A stretch of 64,000 nt of DNA from Octopus vulgaris (lineage: Eukaryota): the NCBI GenBank assembly GCA_951406725.2, contig OX597816.1, positions 6,944,001-7,008,000 of the forward strand, given 5' to 3'. Positions 38,630 through 50,186 of this stretch are shown here, piece by piece (the first letter of the stretch is position 1; every line of letters begins with the position of its first letter). Under the pieces are notes generated by a model, which did not search any database, was not told the origin of the DNA, and was given only the letters and a program-made list of their open reading frames with translations. Both the position numbers and the translations under genes were made by a program.

Positions 38630-38819
38630 ATTTCGTGCTGCGAATTTCATAAAACCCTACCATATATACTTGGCTTTAAAGCCTCTGTTGAGTACAAAAT
38701 TTATGCTTTTTTTTCCTTAAATATGTTGGTCTTTAAGATCATTTTAGCCTAATTATGTATATACATGCACCAAGGCCCCACTTAGATTTACAGTAATGTG
38801 ATAACTTGTTGGAGTTTAA

Positions 38820-39423
38820 AGTGATAGCATGTTGTCAACTTAATATGACAGTCCCATGAAAGGGAAGAATGCTACTGTTATTTAGCCCTAGGAAACACAG
38901 TTTCCTGTTGGACTTGACATATTTTCTGCGTCCTTATGTTTTCACGGAAAATATGTCATGTCCAACAGGAAACGGTGTTTCCTAGGGCTAAATAACAGTA
39001 GTATTCTTCCCTTTCATGGGACTGTCACATTAAGTTGACAACATACCATCACTTTATCGTGCTGCTACAGCATAAATCTCTCTTTTCAAAAACCAGTGAA
39101 TGTATTTCACTTAAAATATATATGTTTTCAAAGGCATCGACAGCTATCAAGCCAAGCTACTCCAGACTGATGAGGAGCAATGACTCTGAAACTAGTCTCT
39201 GGATGCTGGCTTTGCTGGGTGGAGGTGCTTATTTCCACTTTGAAAACATAAGGACACAAGCATTGTGTCAAGTCCAACAGGAAACGGTGTTTCCCAGGGC
39301 TAAATAACAATAGCATTCTTCCCTTTCATAGGACTGTCACATTAAGTTGATAACATGCTATCACTTTATTGTGCTGCTACTGTATAAATCTCTCTGAGAT
39401 ATTTAGAAATCTATTATTTCTAC
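38820..39423 (+). mobile_element. Non-autonomous Penelope-like insertion: inverted arm + partial direct arm + hammerhead-bearing unit
   Basis: Arm 38820-38935 is inverted relative to 38945-39057, and 39250-39395 repeats the direct arm with its tail. 13-bp TSD TGTTGGAGTTTAA at 38807-38819 and 39424-39436. Confidence 0.75.
39161..39203 (+). ncRNA. Minimal type I hammerhead ribozyme motif (canonical core, GUC site)
   Basis: TCCAGA-CTGATGA-GGAG(caatga)CTCT-GAAA-CTAG-TC^-TCTGGA. Stem I 6 bp, stem II 4 bp, palindromic stem III ACTAGT. Confidence 0.88.
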
Positions 39424-39784
39424 TGTTGGAGTTTAACGACATGTTACTAATGAGTTCTGAGTTCTTAATTATCAGATTTCTTTCTTGGTGTTTATACATC
39501 AACTCTTTCTGTGTGCATGTGTGTGTATTCACACATGTATATATGTGTGCATACATATACATACATGTGTATATAGATAGGGATAGGGAGGAGAGAGGGT
39601 GGTTAATCTTAAGCAACAAAGAAGATGGCATAACCCAGTGGTTTCTGAAATGAAAGGTTAGAAAATGATTAACATGCTCTGGGTTTTTTAATTTTTTTTT
39701 ACTTAAATTCACACAGTTGGGAACCATTCTAAATAAGAGAAACAGCGTAGCAGTAGTGGAGGGTCATTATTTTGAAATACTTAC

Positions 39785-39858
39785 GTTTTGTTATCATTCT
39801 TATTTAAATCCAATCTCTCATTAAGAACATTGAAATGCACTCGACAAACTCGACTGTC
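39785..39858 (-). CDS. UBR5: UBR5 exon 3
   Basis: DSRVCRVHFNVLNERLDLNKNDNK(T), matching UBR5 DGRVCRIGFSVQPDRLEL. Acceptor cacag|, donor |GTAAGT, 74 nt. Confidence 0.92.
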
Positions 39859-40052
39859 CTGTGGAAGCAGATCAGACAACAGATATTAAGGTCAGTTTTT
39901 ATCACAATGGGAACAACAGAACATTTGAATGTGAATTAAGAATCATCAATCTTGTTTTATAGAATTAAAAGAATTTAATTTTGTCCGAAACATATTTTGA
40001 AAAAGTCTGACAAGAGACAAATGTAAGAGTCTGGTCAGCCAAAAAAGTCTAT

Positions 40053-40345
40053 AGTTCTATATTTAAGAGATGAAGAATTATGTACATTATTTACATTGGA
40101 CGGATATTTGTCCTCATCTTGTTTGTTGTTAACACAATGTTTCGGCTGATATACCCTCCAGCCTTCATCAGGTGTCTTTGGGAAATTTTGAACCTGGGTT
40201 CTCATTCCTATGAAAACGAGAACCCAGGTTTGAAATTTCCCCAAGACACCTGATGAAGGCTTGAGGGTATATCAGCCGAAATGTTGTGTTAACAACAAAC
40301 AAGATGAAGACAAATATCCGTCCAATGTAAATAATGTACATAATA
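40053..40345. mobile_element. Inverted hammerhead element, same family as 28737
   Basis: Inverted arms of about 125 bp, tail on the left arm only. 12-bp TSD AAAAAAGTCTAT at 40041-40052 and 40348-40359. Confidence 0.8.
40131..40176 (-). ncRNA. Hammerhead motif, same family as 29129 (UBR5-sense strand)
   Basis: Minus strand GACAC-CTGATGA-A-GGCTG(gagggtatat)CAGCC-GAAA-CA-TT-GTGTT. The stem III CpG has decayed. Confidence 0.65.
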
Positions 40346-40598
40346 TAAAAAAAGTCTATGTCTCTAAGGATTACATTTAATTTGATAGTGTTTGGTTTCT
40401 GTAGCGTTTGGAACTAGGTACCAGATCTTGAGACATTTTCAACTGCAACAGATTGGTGCTAGAGTTAGGCAAAGATTCAACTCACAAACCTTTTCTTTTA
40501 ATAGAGTTATTCAGAAACATAAGTCTGCCATAAGTATTATTGCTTCATAAGTAAAACCCTTACAGTAAAAATGTTATAATATAAAGGTGTATATAGAT

Positions 40599-40827
40599 TA
40601 GAAAATTACTATTTGTAAATCTCACAATGAGAGATATTCAGCAACAGTACTTTGGAGAAAAGATTATTTGCCAACATAACATGGCAGTCCTGGTTTGGAT
40701 GAAAATATAAGGACACAGATCGTGTCGTATAGCCAGTTGGAGACAATGTCTCCTAGGGCTAAATTACAGCAACATTCATCCTAAATCAAGACTGCCGTGT
40801 TATGTTGGCAAATAATCTTTACTCCAG
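40599..40827. mobile_element. Inverted-arm + tail element related to the 38820 family
   Basis: Arms TGGAGAAAAGATTATTTGCCAACATAACATGGCAGTC and its reverse complement. 10-bp TSD GTATATAGAT at 40589-40598 and 40828-40837. A second copy lies at about 19484-19700. Confidence 0.65.
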
Positions 40828-41197
40828 GTATATAGATGTTATGTAAACATACAAGATCACAGTATCATCATCATCATTTAACGTCCGCTTTCCATGCTGA
40901 GGTCTGGCGAACCAAACTCCAATCTGATCTGGCAGAGTTTCTACAGCTGGATGCCCTTCCTAACGTCAACCACTCTGAGAGTGTAGTGGGTGCTTTTATG
41001 TGCCACCGGCACAAGGGCCAGTTTCGTGGAACTGGCAATGGCCACACCCAAATGGTGCTTTTTACGTGCCACTTGCACAGGAGCCAGTCCAGCAGCACTG
41101 GCGACAACCTCGCTCGAATGTTATATATAAAGGTATACAGATGTTATATATGCTACAAGTGTACAAACAGGATTGTATATTAAGTGTTGCCACTTAC

Positions 41198-41324
41198 CTC
41201 CAGTAAAAGAGCTACATAATTGGGTCCCAAAACACACTGTGTTATAACTAAGTTTCGTAAAGATGACAGAGCAGGAGGACTTGTGAAGCCATATCGACTA
41301 ATCTTTTCAGCAACTTCTTTTAAT
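41198..41324 (-). CDS. UBR5: UBR5 exon 2
   Basis: (R)LKEVAEKISRYGFTSPPALSSLRNLVITQCVLGPNYVALLLE. Acceptor ttccag|, donor |GTAAGT, 127 nt, phase 2 to 0. Confidence 0.93.
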
Positions 41325-41917
41325 CTGGAATGAAAAAAATTTAATTTAATAAACATTGAAGATGAGTCAATTTCAGAATTAAAAAACATTTTCCAAACAA
41401 CAACAACTGAGGCTCCTACATCTTGCACATTAACCGACTACTTTTTGATCAGTCTCTTTTGCCAAAACGCTAAGTTACAGGGACATAAACACACTAACAC
41501 CAGTTGTCAGGTGGTTGTGGGGGGACAAACAAACACAAACAATGTACTTTTAAAGTTTCCGTCTACCAGATCCATTCACAAAGGATTGGTCAGCCCAAGC
41601 CACAGCAGAAGACACTTGCCCAAAATGCCATGGAAGGGGATTGACCCCAGAACCAGGTGGTCGGGAAACAAGCTTCATACAACACAGCCACACCGGCTCC
41701 CTAATTTTTAAGCATGATTAAAAAAAATTTTTTTAATTCTCAAAGAAAATATTCTCCAACCAATTTAAGACCAATATTGTATACATACAGTGCTGAGACA
41801 TCCTGATTAAACTGGTGTATATCAAATAGAGAGAAAGATGTAAGTTTATGCACAGAAAATACATCAAGTGGTTTTTTCAATGTGAGAAACCTTAAACATT
41901 TGTCACTTGAAACACAA

Positions 41918-42600
41918 TCATCATCCAGTGTTTTAAATCCGGATTTTGTCCCCGTTAACAGGGGTGGCCAGATCTCTCTCAATGCCATAGCAACCGCCCT
42001 CACACCATCTCACCTGGTTTTGGGCGTCCTCCTTTTTCAAACCAACCCTCCCAATCTCCTCCTCCACCTCACCTGTCCCCTCCACCTTTTCCTCGGTCTG
42101 CCTCGCTTTCGCGCTCCATTTACCTCAACAGCAATCACCCTCCTCAGAACACGCTCTTCATCCCCCCTCAAAACATGCCCTCATCACCTCGCTCCATTTG
42201 TCCTTACCAACCGTTCCACCGATTACACCAACCCCATCAAATCCTCAGTCCTCCTCTTATTTCTTTATTGCCCACAAGGGGCTAAACATAGAGGGGACAA
42301 ACAAAGAGATTAAGTCGATTACACCGACCCCAGTGCGTAACTGGTACTTAATTTATCGATCCCAAAAGGATGAAAGGCAAAGTCAACCTCGGCGGAATTT
42401 GAACTCAGTACATAATGGCAAATGAAATATCAATAAGCATTTCGCCCAGCATGTTAACATTTCTGCCAGCTTGCCCCACACATTTCTCTCCCCATTGCTC
42501 TCCCAGTCATCATCCTCAAAATTACCATCTCTCTCTCCCCTCAGACACCATGTCTCATTCCCATATAGCATTCCAGCTCTCACACAACTCTTATAGACCA
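41918..42600 (-). mobile_element. Degenerate RTE-clade LINE 3' fragment interrupted by a SINE (42258-42475)
   Basis: Minus-strand peptides VYKSCVRAGMLYGNETWCL and W*GHVLRGDEERVLRRVIAVEVNGARKRGRPRKRW, typical of the RTE ORF C-terminus. The GATGAT tail is at about 41918; the same 3' end recurs at about 44560-44635. Confidence 0.75.
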
Positions 42601-45379
42601 CCACCCCCTTTCATCTTTAATGAGAACCTGAATGTACTGAACAAATGGTATTCAAAATTTGTGTTCTTTAAGGGAATACAAAAAAAATCATAACTGCTTC
42701 ATTGCCATTTATATTCCATACATTTAGTCAGGGAAACATTAGTGAATGCTAATTAAATCAAAATTGCTTTCTTTAGTTCCTTACACTCAGAGTTTGGAGG
42801 ATGTGGAGCCTACTTCTTCCTGACTCAGCAATCATAACCAGGTTGCTTTATTTTAACTTTCTTACCAAGGCACAGACGTGGCCGAGTGGAAAGAAGTTTG
42901 GCATCTTTGTGGTTTCCATCACTGTTTACAATTCTGTTCCAATTGTTTAAAAATTTGGTAATTTAAGTTTTACTCTTTTACTTGTTTCAGTCATTTGACT
43001 GCGGCCATGCTAGAGCACCACCTTTAGTCAAGCAAATCGACCCCAGGACTTATTCTTTGTAAGCCCAGTACTTATTCTATCGGTCTCTTTTGCCAAACCG
43101 CTAAGTTACGGGGACGTAAACACACCAGCATTGGTTGTCAAGCAATGCTAGGGGTCAAACACACAAACGCACACACATATATATATACATATATACATAT
43201 ATACGACAGGCTTCTTTCAGTTTCCGTCTACCAAATCCACTCACAAGGCATTGGTCGGCCCGGGGCTATAGCAGAAGACACTTGCCCAAGATGCCACGCA
43301 GTGGGACTGAACCCGCAACCATGTGGTTGGTTAGCACGCTACTTACCACACAGCCACTCCTGCTTCCAAATGTTTTAATATTAACTTTGCTCGTGTATAT
43401 TTTAATGCTTTGACTTATTTCTAGCAACTCCTGTTGGTTTGTTTGTTCGCAGCTTTTAAATATTTAATTTGCTCATGTGGCTAGTTTAATGTTTGGACAT
43501 GCTGATGCCCCCCCTACACCCCAGCCCAGATGATGAAAGAGGCAGTGAATGTGCTGTTTTCTGATTGGCCGAAAATTATGAAAATTATCAAACTTTGAAC
43601 ACCTGTAACATTATTTGCAAAACTTTTCTGGAATAAATGAATAACAAATTCAGATTCAACGTTAAAAATTATATCGTTATGATACATTAAAAAAATTTCT
43701 TAACAATAATTGTAAACAGTGACGAAAACCACAAAGACTCCAAAATTTGCTTCCCAACCACATGGTTCCAAGTTCAGTCCTACTGCATGGCACCTCGGGC
43801 AAGTGTCTTCTACTACAGACCTGGGACAACCAAAGCCTTGGGAATGGATTTGGTAGACTGAAACTGAAAGAAGCCTGTCATGTGTGTGTGGTCCTACCAC
43901 CACTTGATAACAGGTGTTGGTATGTTTATGTCCCTGTAACTGAACAGTTCAGCAAGAGACAAATAGAATAAGTACCAGGCTCAGAAAAAAAAAAATCACT
44001 GGGGTTGATTAATTCAACTAAAGTTCTTCAAGGCGATGCCCCAGCATGGCCACAGGTTAATGACTGAAACCAGTAAAAGCTAGTTATTTATTGCTTTATT
44101 GCCCACAGGGGGCTAAACATAGAGGGGACAAACAAAGGGATTAAGTCAATTACATCAACCCCCAGTACATAACTGGTACTTAATTTATCGACCCCCGAAA
44201 AGATGAAAGGCAAAGTCGACCTCGGCGGAATTTGAACTCAGAATGTAACGGCAGCCGAAATACCGCTAAGCATTTCGCCCAACATGCTAACGATTCTGCC
44301 AGCTCGCCGTCCATATTAAAAGCTAATTATTGTTATAGGTTTCTTCCAATTCCTCAAATGTCGTAATTGATTTTTACATATTATCCATTGACTTCCTGAG
44401 AGCTTCTTTAAAAGCAATGCTGAATCATGCCCCTGATATGTCACTGGGAAGCACAGAAAATCCGTAGAAAATCCAGCTCCAAAAAAGCCTCGTGATAGCA
44501 AGGAAGAATAGGCACCAGCCAGCCTAAAGGTTGGGGTAGGCTGCACCAACCTAACTCAGTTGCTATGGCATTGAGGTAGATCCAGCCACCCCCGTTAACG
44601 GGGACAAAACCCAGATTTAAAACACTGGATGATGAATATATGTAAATTTATATCGCAGGTTTCTGCGGCCGATAGGTATTTATATTTTTTTAGATTTTAA
44701 TTATTTCTGTGGGAGGTTTTGGAATGTAACACACGCAATAGTCGAGGGATTACTGTACTACAAAGGGCCAACCTTATCACATTCTAAGTCATTCTGAATC
44801 CCTCTGAAAACTGTTAAGGGTACACATGTCTGTGGAGTGCTCAACCACTTACACGATAATTATTTCATGAGCAAGATGTTCCGCTGATCAGATCAACTGG
44901 AACACTCAATGTCATAAGCAACGGAGTTCCAGTGATTGTGAGAAAGACAAACTATTTAAAGAAGAAACCAGACAATATTGGTAGTTATAATGTCACAAGA
45001 TTACAAACAAAATACATAAAATGCTCTAAAACAAATTTTACAAATTCTGAGAGAATGAGAAGTTGTAACCATCTTGGAAGAATTATCAAATTTAATCCCT
45101 ATAATACTAAATTCTCTAATGCCAACCATGTGACCTGCTTGTTGACTACAAAAGGTAATTATTTCTTCCATAGCAACAAAATATAAGATTATTATTATTA
45201 TTCAGGTCACTGCCTGGAATCGAACTCGGAATCTTGGGGTTAGTAGACTGTGCTCTTACACCATATGCCTGTATTCTTTGAAAGACAGAAGTGGTAAACA
45301 TTTAAGACTTTCCTTAAAACTACAAATTATATAAAGAATATGAAGTGGATCTACCTTAATAATAATATGCCTTGATGTA

Positions 45380-45933
45380 GTACCAGGCATTGGCTCTCAT
45401 GGCTTCTGATCTTAACTGATTGGAAGTGTTATCATGTACATTGTTTTGTCTTTGTACAAAAGATGGGCTACAGCAAATATTCTGCTCAATACCACAGATT
45501 TGCTTGTCAGTTGTTTGACCTTAATCAGTTGAGCATGTCCCTTAGTGGCTGACGATATGTGCATCTCTGATCACGAACAGAAGTAGCAGGGAAGCATCAT
45601 AGCCATGTGTTGAGAGGGATTCTTTGGGGTTTGAATAATTCACCTTTGGAAACATGAGTGGTTCGTTCAACATCCTTAAACAACCCTTATTCAGGGACCT
45701 TTTGAGCAGGATGGGTTACTCGACCTGAAGAAAATTCTAACTAGACCCCAACTGCAAGGTGATGCACAGTTTATCTTGATACGAGATCACCATGTCGCGC
45801 ACACATGGTTGTGATGCATGTGCCTAATGTACCCTTATCAGACGGGTAGTCATGATGGGTATACTGGGCTTCGTATATTTGTACCCCAGTGTCACTTTGA
45901 TGGCATGCACTGCTCTCTCACATAATAATAATA
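45380..45933 (+). mobile_element. Probable retroposon 3' fragment with a (TAA)n tail
   Basis: GC-richer block of about 550 bp bounded by AAT repeats. Single copy in the window; family not assigned. Confidence 0.35.
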
Positions 45934-47067
45934 ATGGTTTCAAATTCTGGCACAAAGCCAGCAATTTCTGGAGACAAGTTGATTATATTGACCCCAGTGC
46001 TGACCTGGTCCTTATTTTATCAATTCCAAGAGGATGAAATTTGAGGTCGACCTCACCAGTATTTGAACTCAGAACGTAAAGATTGACAAAATGCTGCTAA
46101 GTACATTACCTGGTATTTTAACAATTCTGCTAGCTCACTACTTTGCCAATAATAATAATGATGATGATGATGATGATAAGAGCACTCATAGAGCACAAAC
46201 CTCTGCCAAGGCAACACCAATGTCCTCCCAACGTTTAGCCGGAGAGGATTTTTAAAATGAGAATATCTGAAATAAACTCGACTGCTCTCACAAATGGAAA
46301 GAAACAGGGAAAATAATCCAGAATCCTTGTCCGGTACCTGATTGATCCCAATGGTAGTCACAGAATGTGAAGGTGGGTGTGCGGGTCATGTTTGTAATAC
46401 TGAGTGTGTGTGTGTGTCGTCTGCAGTGGGAACAGGGACAGTTTTCTCAATGAAGGCCTTCTTTTTAGTCTATCCACTGATATAGGGTCTTTATGACCAT
46501 TAAGGTCTATAGTGAAAAATTTATCCATGTGTGAAAGAAAACAGAAAGGACCTGTTAATAGGGGGAGAACTCCTTTGACCCATCCAACCACTGTGAATAA
46601 GATTACTCCTTCTAAATTAAGCTATCAGTGTATTTCGTAGTTGCCCTGTGGCAAATCACAAAATCAAATTCATTTTTCAACTATTATACTCATGCTGTCA
46701 AAAATGAGAGTATTTTCAAAGAAATAATCTGAAACTGGTATTCAATTATTACATTCATATTAACATAAATTGCATGTATCTGGTACAGATGTTTTACAAC
46801 AATGATGACAATGACATCAGAAATTGCCATGTTAGATTAAAGTTCATTAATTAAAAGTATATTTTGTCAATTAACCAATATTGCATGTTCTCCATACTCA
46901 TAAATAGAATCTATCATTATGATATGCCCTATATATATAAAGCTGTTACGGTGAAACACACACACACACTATACAAATTTTATTCAATATATTGTTCCCT
47001 ACATATATTTCCTTTGGTTAACATAAATGAGTCTCCATGTAAAATATATTACAATTTTCATATACAA

Positions 47068-47973
47068 CCAGCAGTATCGCCCAGCGTTGCTCGGGTTTGT
47101 AAGGGAAATAACTATATAAGCAATTTTAGAGATGTAAAGTATAATAGCCATCTCAATATGGCTAACCACAAAGGGGGGGTGTTACTGTAGCTTTTTACGT
47201 TCTGAGATTTAATAATAAATTTTTAGAGTTACTTCCCTTATATATGCCAAAAATGCATTAAAAATGGGAAAAATTGATGGTAAATTTTTTTTTAAATTGT
47301 AGACTCATCGTAGACACGCGCTAATACCCAGAAGGGCTCGATATGAATCATGACTATAAGATAGTCGTTAAACTGCACCGCAAAATGTGGGAGTAGTTAG
47401 GAATCTAAATCGTAGGAGACAGACAGCACACAACCTTACTTTTATATATAAAGACTAGCAGTATCGCCCGGCGTTGCTCGGGTTTGTAAGGGAAATAACT
47501 ATATAAGCATTTTTAGAGAGTTACTTCCCTTATAGATGCCAATTCGGGCTTTCTTAGCCATTTCTGTTTTGGTGTCTTCAAGCCATGAAGTCGTTGTTCT
47601 AAAAGAACGCTGGTCTCCTTGACAACGCATTACGACGTTGATTTCCTTAAACTCCCTTCCCCACAGCTTCACGAGGGAGGGAAGAAGGGGGAGAAGCAAA
47701 CACAGGTGCAGGTGTTTGAGCGTGGACGCCAACTCCGCCGCCATCGACACACGAAAAATTATGCATTAAAATGGAATAAAAAATGATGTTAAATTATTTT
47801 TAAAATTGTAGACTCATCGTAGATGCGCGCTAATAGCCAGACAGGCTCGATATTAATCACGACTATAAGATACCCGAATTTGGTTAAACTGCACCGCAAA
47901 ATGTGGGAGGAGTTAGGAATCTAAATCGTAGGAGACAGACAGCACACAACCTCACTTTTATATATAAAGAAGA
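47068..47973 (-). mobile_element. Head-to-tail tandem non-autonomous Helitron dimer
   Basis: Each unit starts TCTTTATATATAAAAG and ends with hairpin CCCGAGCAACGC(C/T)GGG + ...CT(A/G)G. Junction CTAG|TC at 47455/47454. A|T target site. Confidence 0.8.
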
Positions 47974-48252
47974 TGTACATATTTCCAATATACACAATAA
48001 TACATTTCAAACATTGCAGGGTGTGTGTGTGTGTGTACATACACACTCACACTGCATATTACACAGTACTGAACATAATTTAGACATTCCTTCACTGAAT
48101 GCATTTTTCAAGGGGAGAGGGCATAATTGGAATGATATATCATCTGTAGCGTTTACTAAATATAACTTACAGCTATTACAAAGTTTTGTTTTTGCTTTTT
48201 CAAGTAGACTGTTTCCTCATCAGATTTTCTAAGCCATCGCTTATTTCTACAT

Positions 48253-48623
48253 TATTACTTCCGCCTTAGCGAAGGCGGAGGTATTGTTTTCAGTCACGTT
48301 TGTTTGTCCGTGTACAAGATATCTCAAGAACCACTGGATGGATTCAAATGAAATCTTCAAGGATGCTTGGCCTTGTGACTGGCACAAACTGATTAAATTT
48401 TGGGATCAATCTGGTACCCGACAAGGATTCTGGATTATTTTTCCTGTTTTTTTTTTTTGCTTAATTTTTTCAGAGTGGTCGGGTTCGTTTTCAGTATTCT
48501 CGTTTGTGAGAGCACTCGAGTTTATTTCAGATTTTCTCATTTCAAAAACCATCTCTTGCTTATCGTTGAGAGAACTTTGGTGTTGCCTTGATGGAGTCTG
48601 GCGCTCTCTCAGTGCTCTTGTTC
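48253..48623 (+). mobile_element. Helentron-associated (HINE/DINE-1-like) element
   Basis: Starts TTATTACTTCCGCC-hairpin-GGCGGAGGT, then GTTT/GTCC repeats, ends GCGCTCTCTCAGTGCTCTTGTT. A partial reverse copy lies at about 46178-46352. Confidence 0.6.
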
Positions 48624-49680
48624 CACATTATTCTCCTCATACACAGAGAGTTTATTGCAGAAGGTAGAGATAATAAATGGATGTTATGCATTTTTTTTTT
48701 GTCTCTAAAAGGAACTGAACTCACTGCCCTCTTTGTTAGTCCAACCACTAAACTACATGATTAAAAAAGTAGGTAAACAATAAGTGAAATAATTTAGTAG
48801 GGCAGCAAAGAAATCCTACACATGCATACAAACTTCAGAGAAGATTCTGTGCCAAGCTATGAAGAACGAGAAAGGAAAAAACTTCACCAGTAAGAGTTAA
48901 CTTTTGAGACGCCCATAAATTCAAATCTCAGACCATAAGTTATTTTGAGATAACCCTTTCGAACAATCCATTTCTGTCCATGAACATCTGACATATATTA
49001 TTCTAACGCAATAAATGCCAAATATTACTCATAAGGTTTTCTAATTACTGTTGTGGTAAATGTACCACAACAGTAATTGGCGGAGGTACAAAAAAAAACT
49101 ATTGCTTCAACTATTCCAGTATTATCACAAACAATGATTGGATCCGACTATCAAATAAATAAAATTATACAAAAGTCTTAATAAAGAATTAGGATTAAAA
49201 GTAAATTCTAAGAAGATTTGTAAGAATATCTCAACGAAAGTAACCAAACTTTCATGACACTAAAACCTTAGATTCTTCAGAGAAGGTATTTCCTGATGTT
49301 GTTGATAATGCACAATTAGAGATAGTGTTACACATTTAATTAATCATATAAATTAAAATAATGTTATTCTCCAATAAAATGGCCAGCTGTTACAAAGGTA
49401 AGAGCAATATGCTAATTACAGGAAGTAATTATGTTACACTTAATGTTTATCACTCATACAATAAAATGCACACTTAAAATATCAGTGTATATATAACATT
49501 CAGAGTGAATAAGTAAATATTCTATAGACATGTGTATGTGGTAAGAAGCTTGCTTTCCAGACACATGGTTCCAGGTTCAGTTCCACTGTGTAGCACCTGG
49601 GGCAAGTGCCTGCTACTGTAACCTCAGGTTGATGAAAGCCTTATTAGGAGATTTGGTAGATGGAAACTGAAAGAAGCCTA

Positions 49681-50186
49681 TCATCATCATCATCATCATC
49701 GTTTAACGTCCGTTTTCTGCGAAGTCAGAGGGCTGCACCATGTTCCAGTCTGATCTGGCAGTGTTTCTACAGCTGGATGCCCTTCCTAACGCCAACCACT
49801 CTGTGAGTGTAGTGGGTGCTTTTTACGTGCCACCGGCACAGGTGCCAGACGGCCACGATCGGATGGTGCTTTTTACGTGCCACCGGCATGGAGGCCAGTC
49901 AGGCGGCGCTGGCTATGGCCACGTTCGGATGGTTCTCTTACGTGCCACCGGCACTGGTATCACAGCTACAAATTCCATTGATGTTGATAGATCACGATTT
50001 TGATTTTGATCTTCACTTGCCTCAACAGGTCTTCACAAGTGGAGTTTTGAGTCCCAAGAAGGAAAGGAATGCATAAGTGGGCTGGCTACATCCCAGGTGT
50101 AGACCACGGGATTATGGCCTCACTTGTCCTGCCGGGTCTTCTCACGCACAGCATGCTTCCATAGGTCTCGGTCTCTAGTCATTTCA
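49681..50186 (-). mobile_element. Longest copy of the abundant RTE-LINE 3'-end family with a (GAT)n tail
   Basis: The 5' end encodes EMTRDRDLWKHAVREKTRQDK* (RTE ORF terminus), followed by a 3' UTR with about 60-bp units and core GGTTGGCGTTAGGAAGGGCATCCAGCTGTAGAAAC. About 20 copies occur, e.g. 361, 2425, 8727, 8962, 12170, 16920, 22108, 23395, 24043, 24511, 29255, 32030, 36312, 40865, 50210, 51352, 52773, 56232. Confidence 0.75.
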
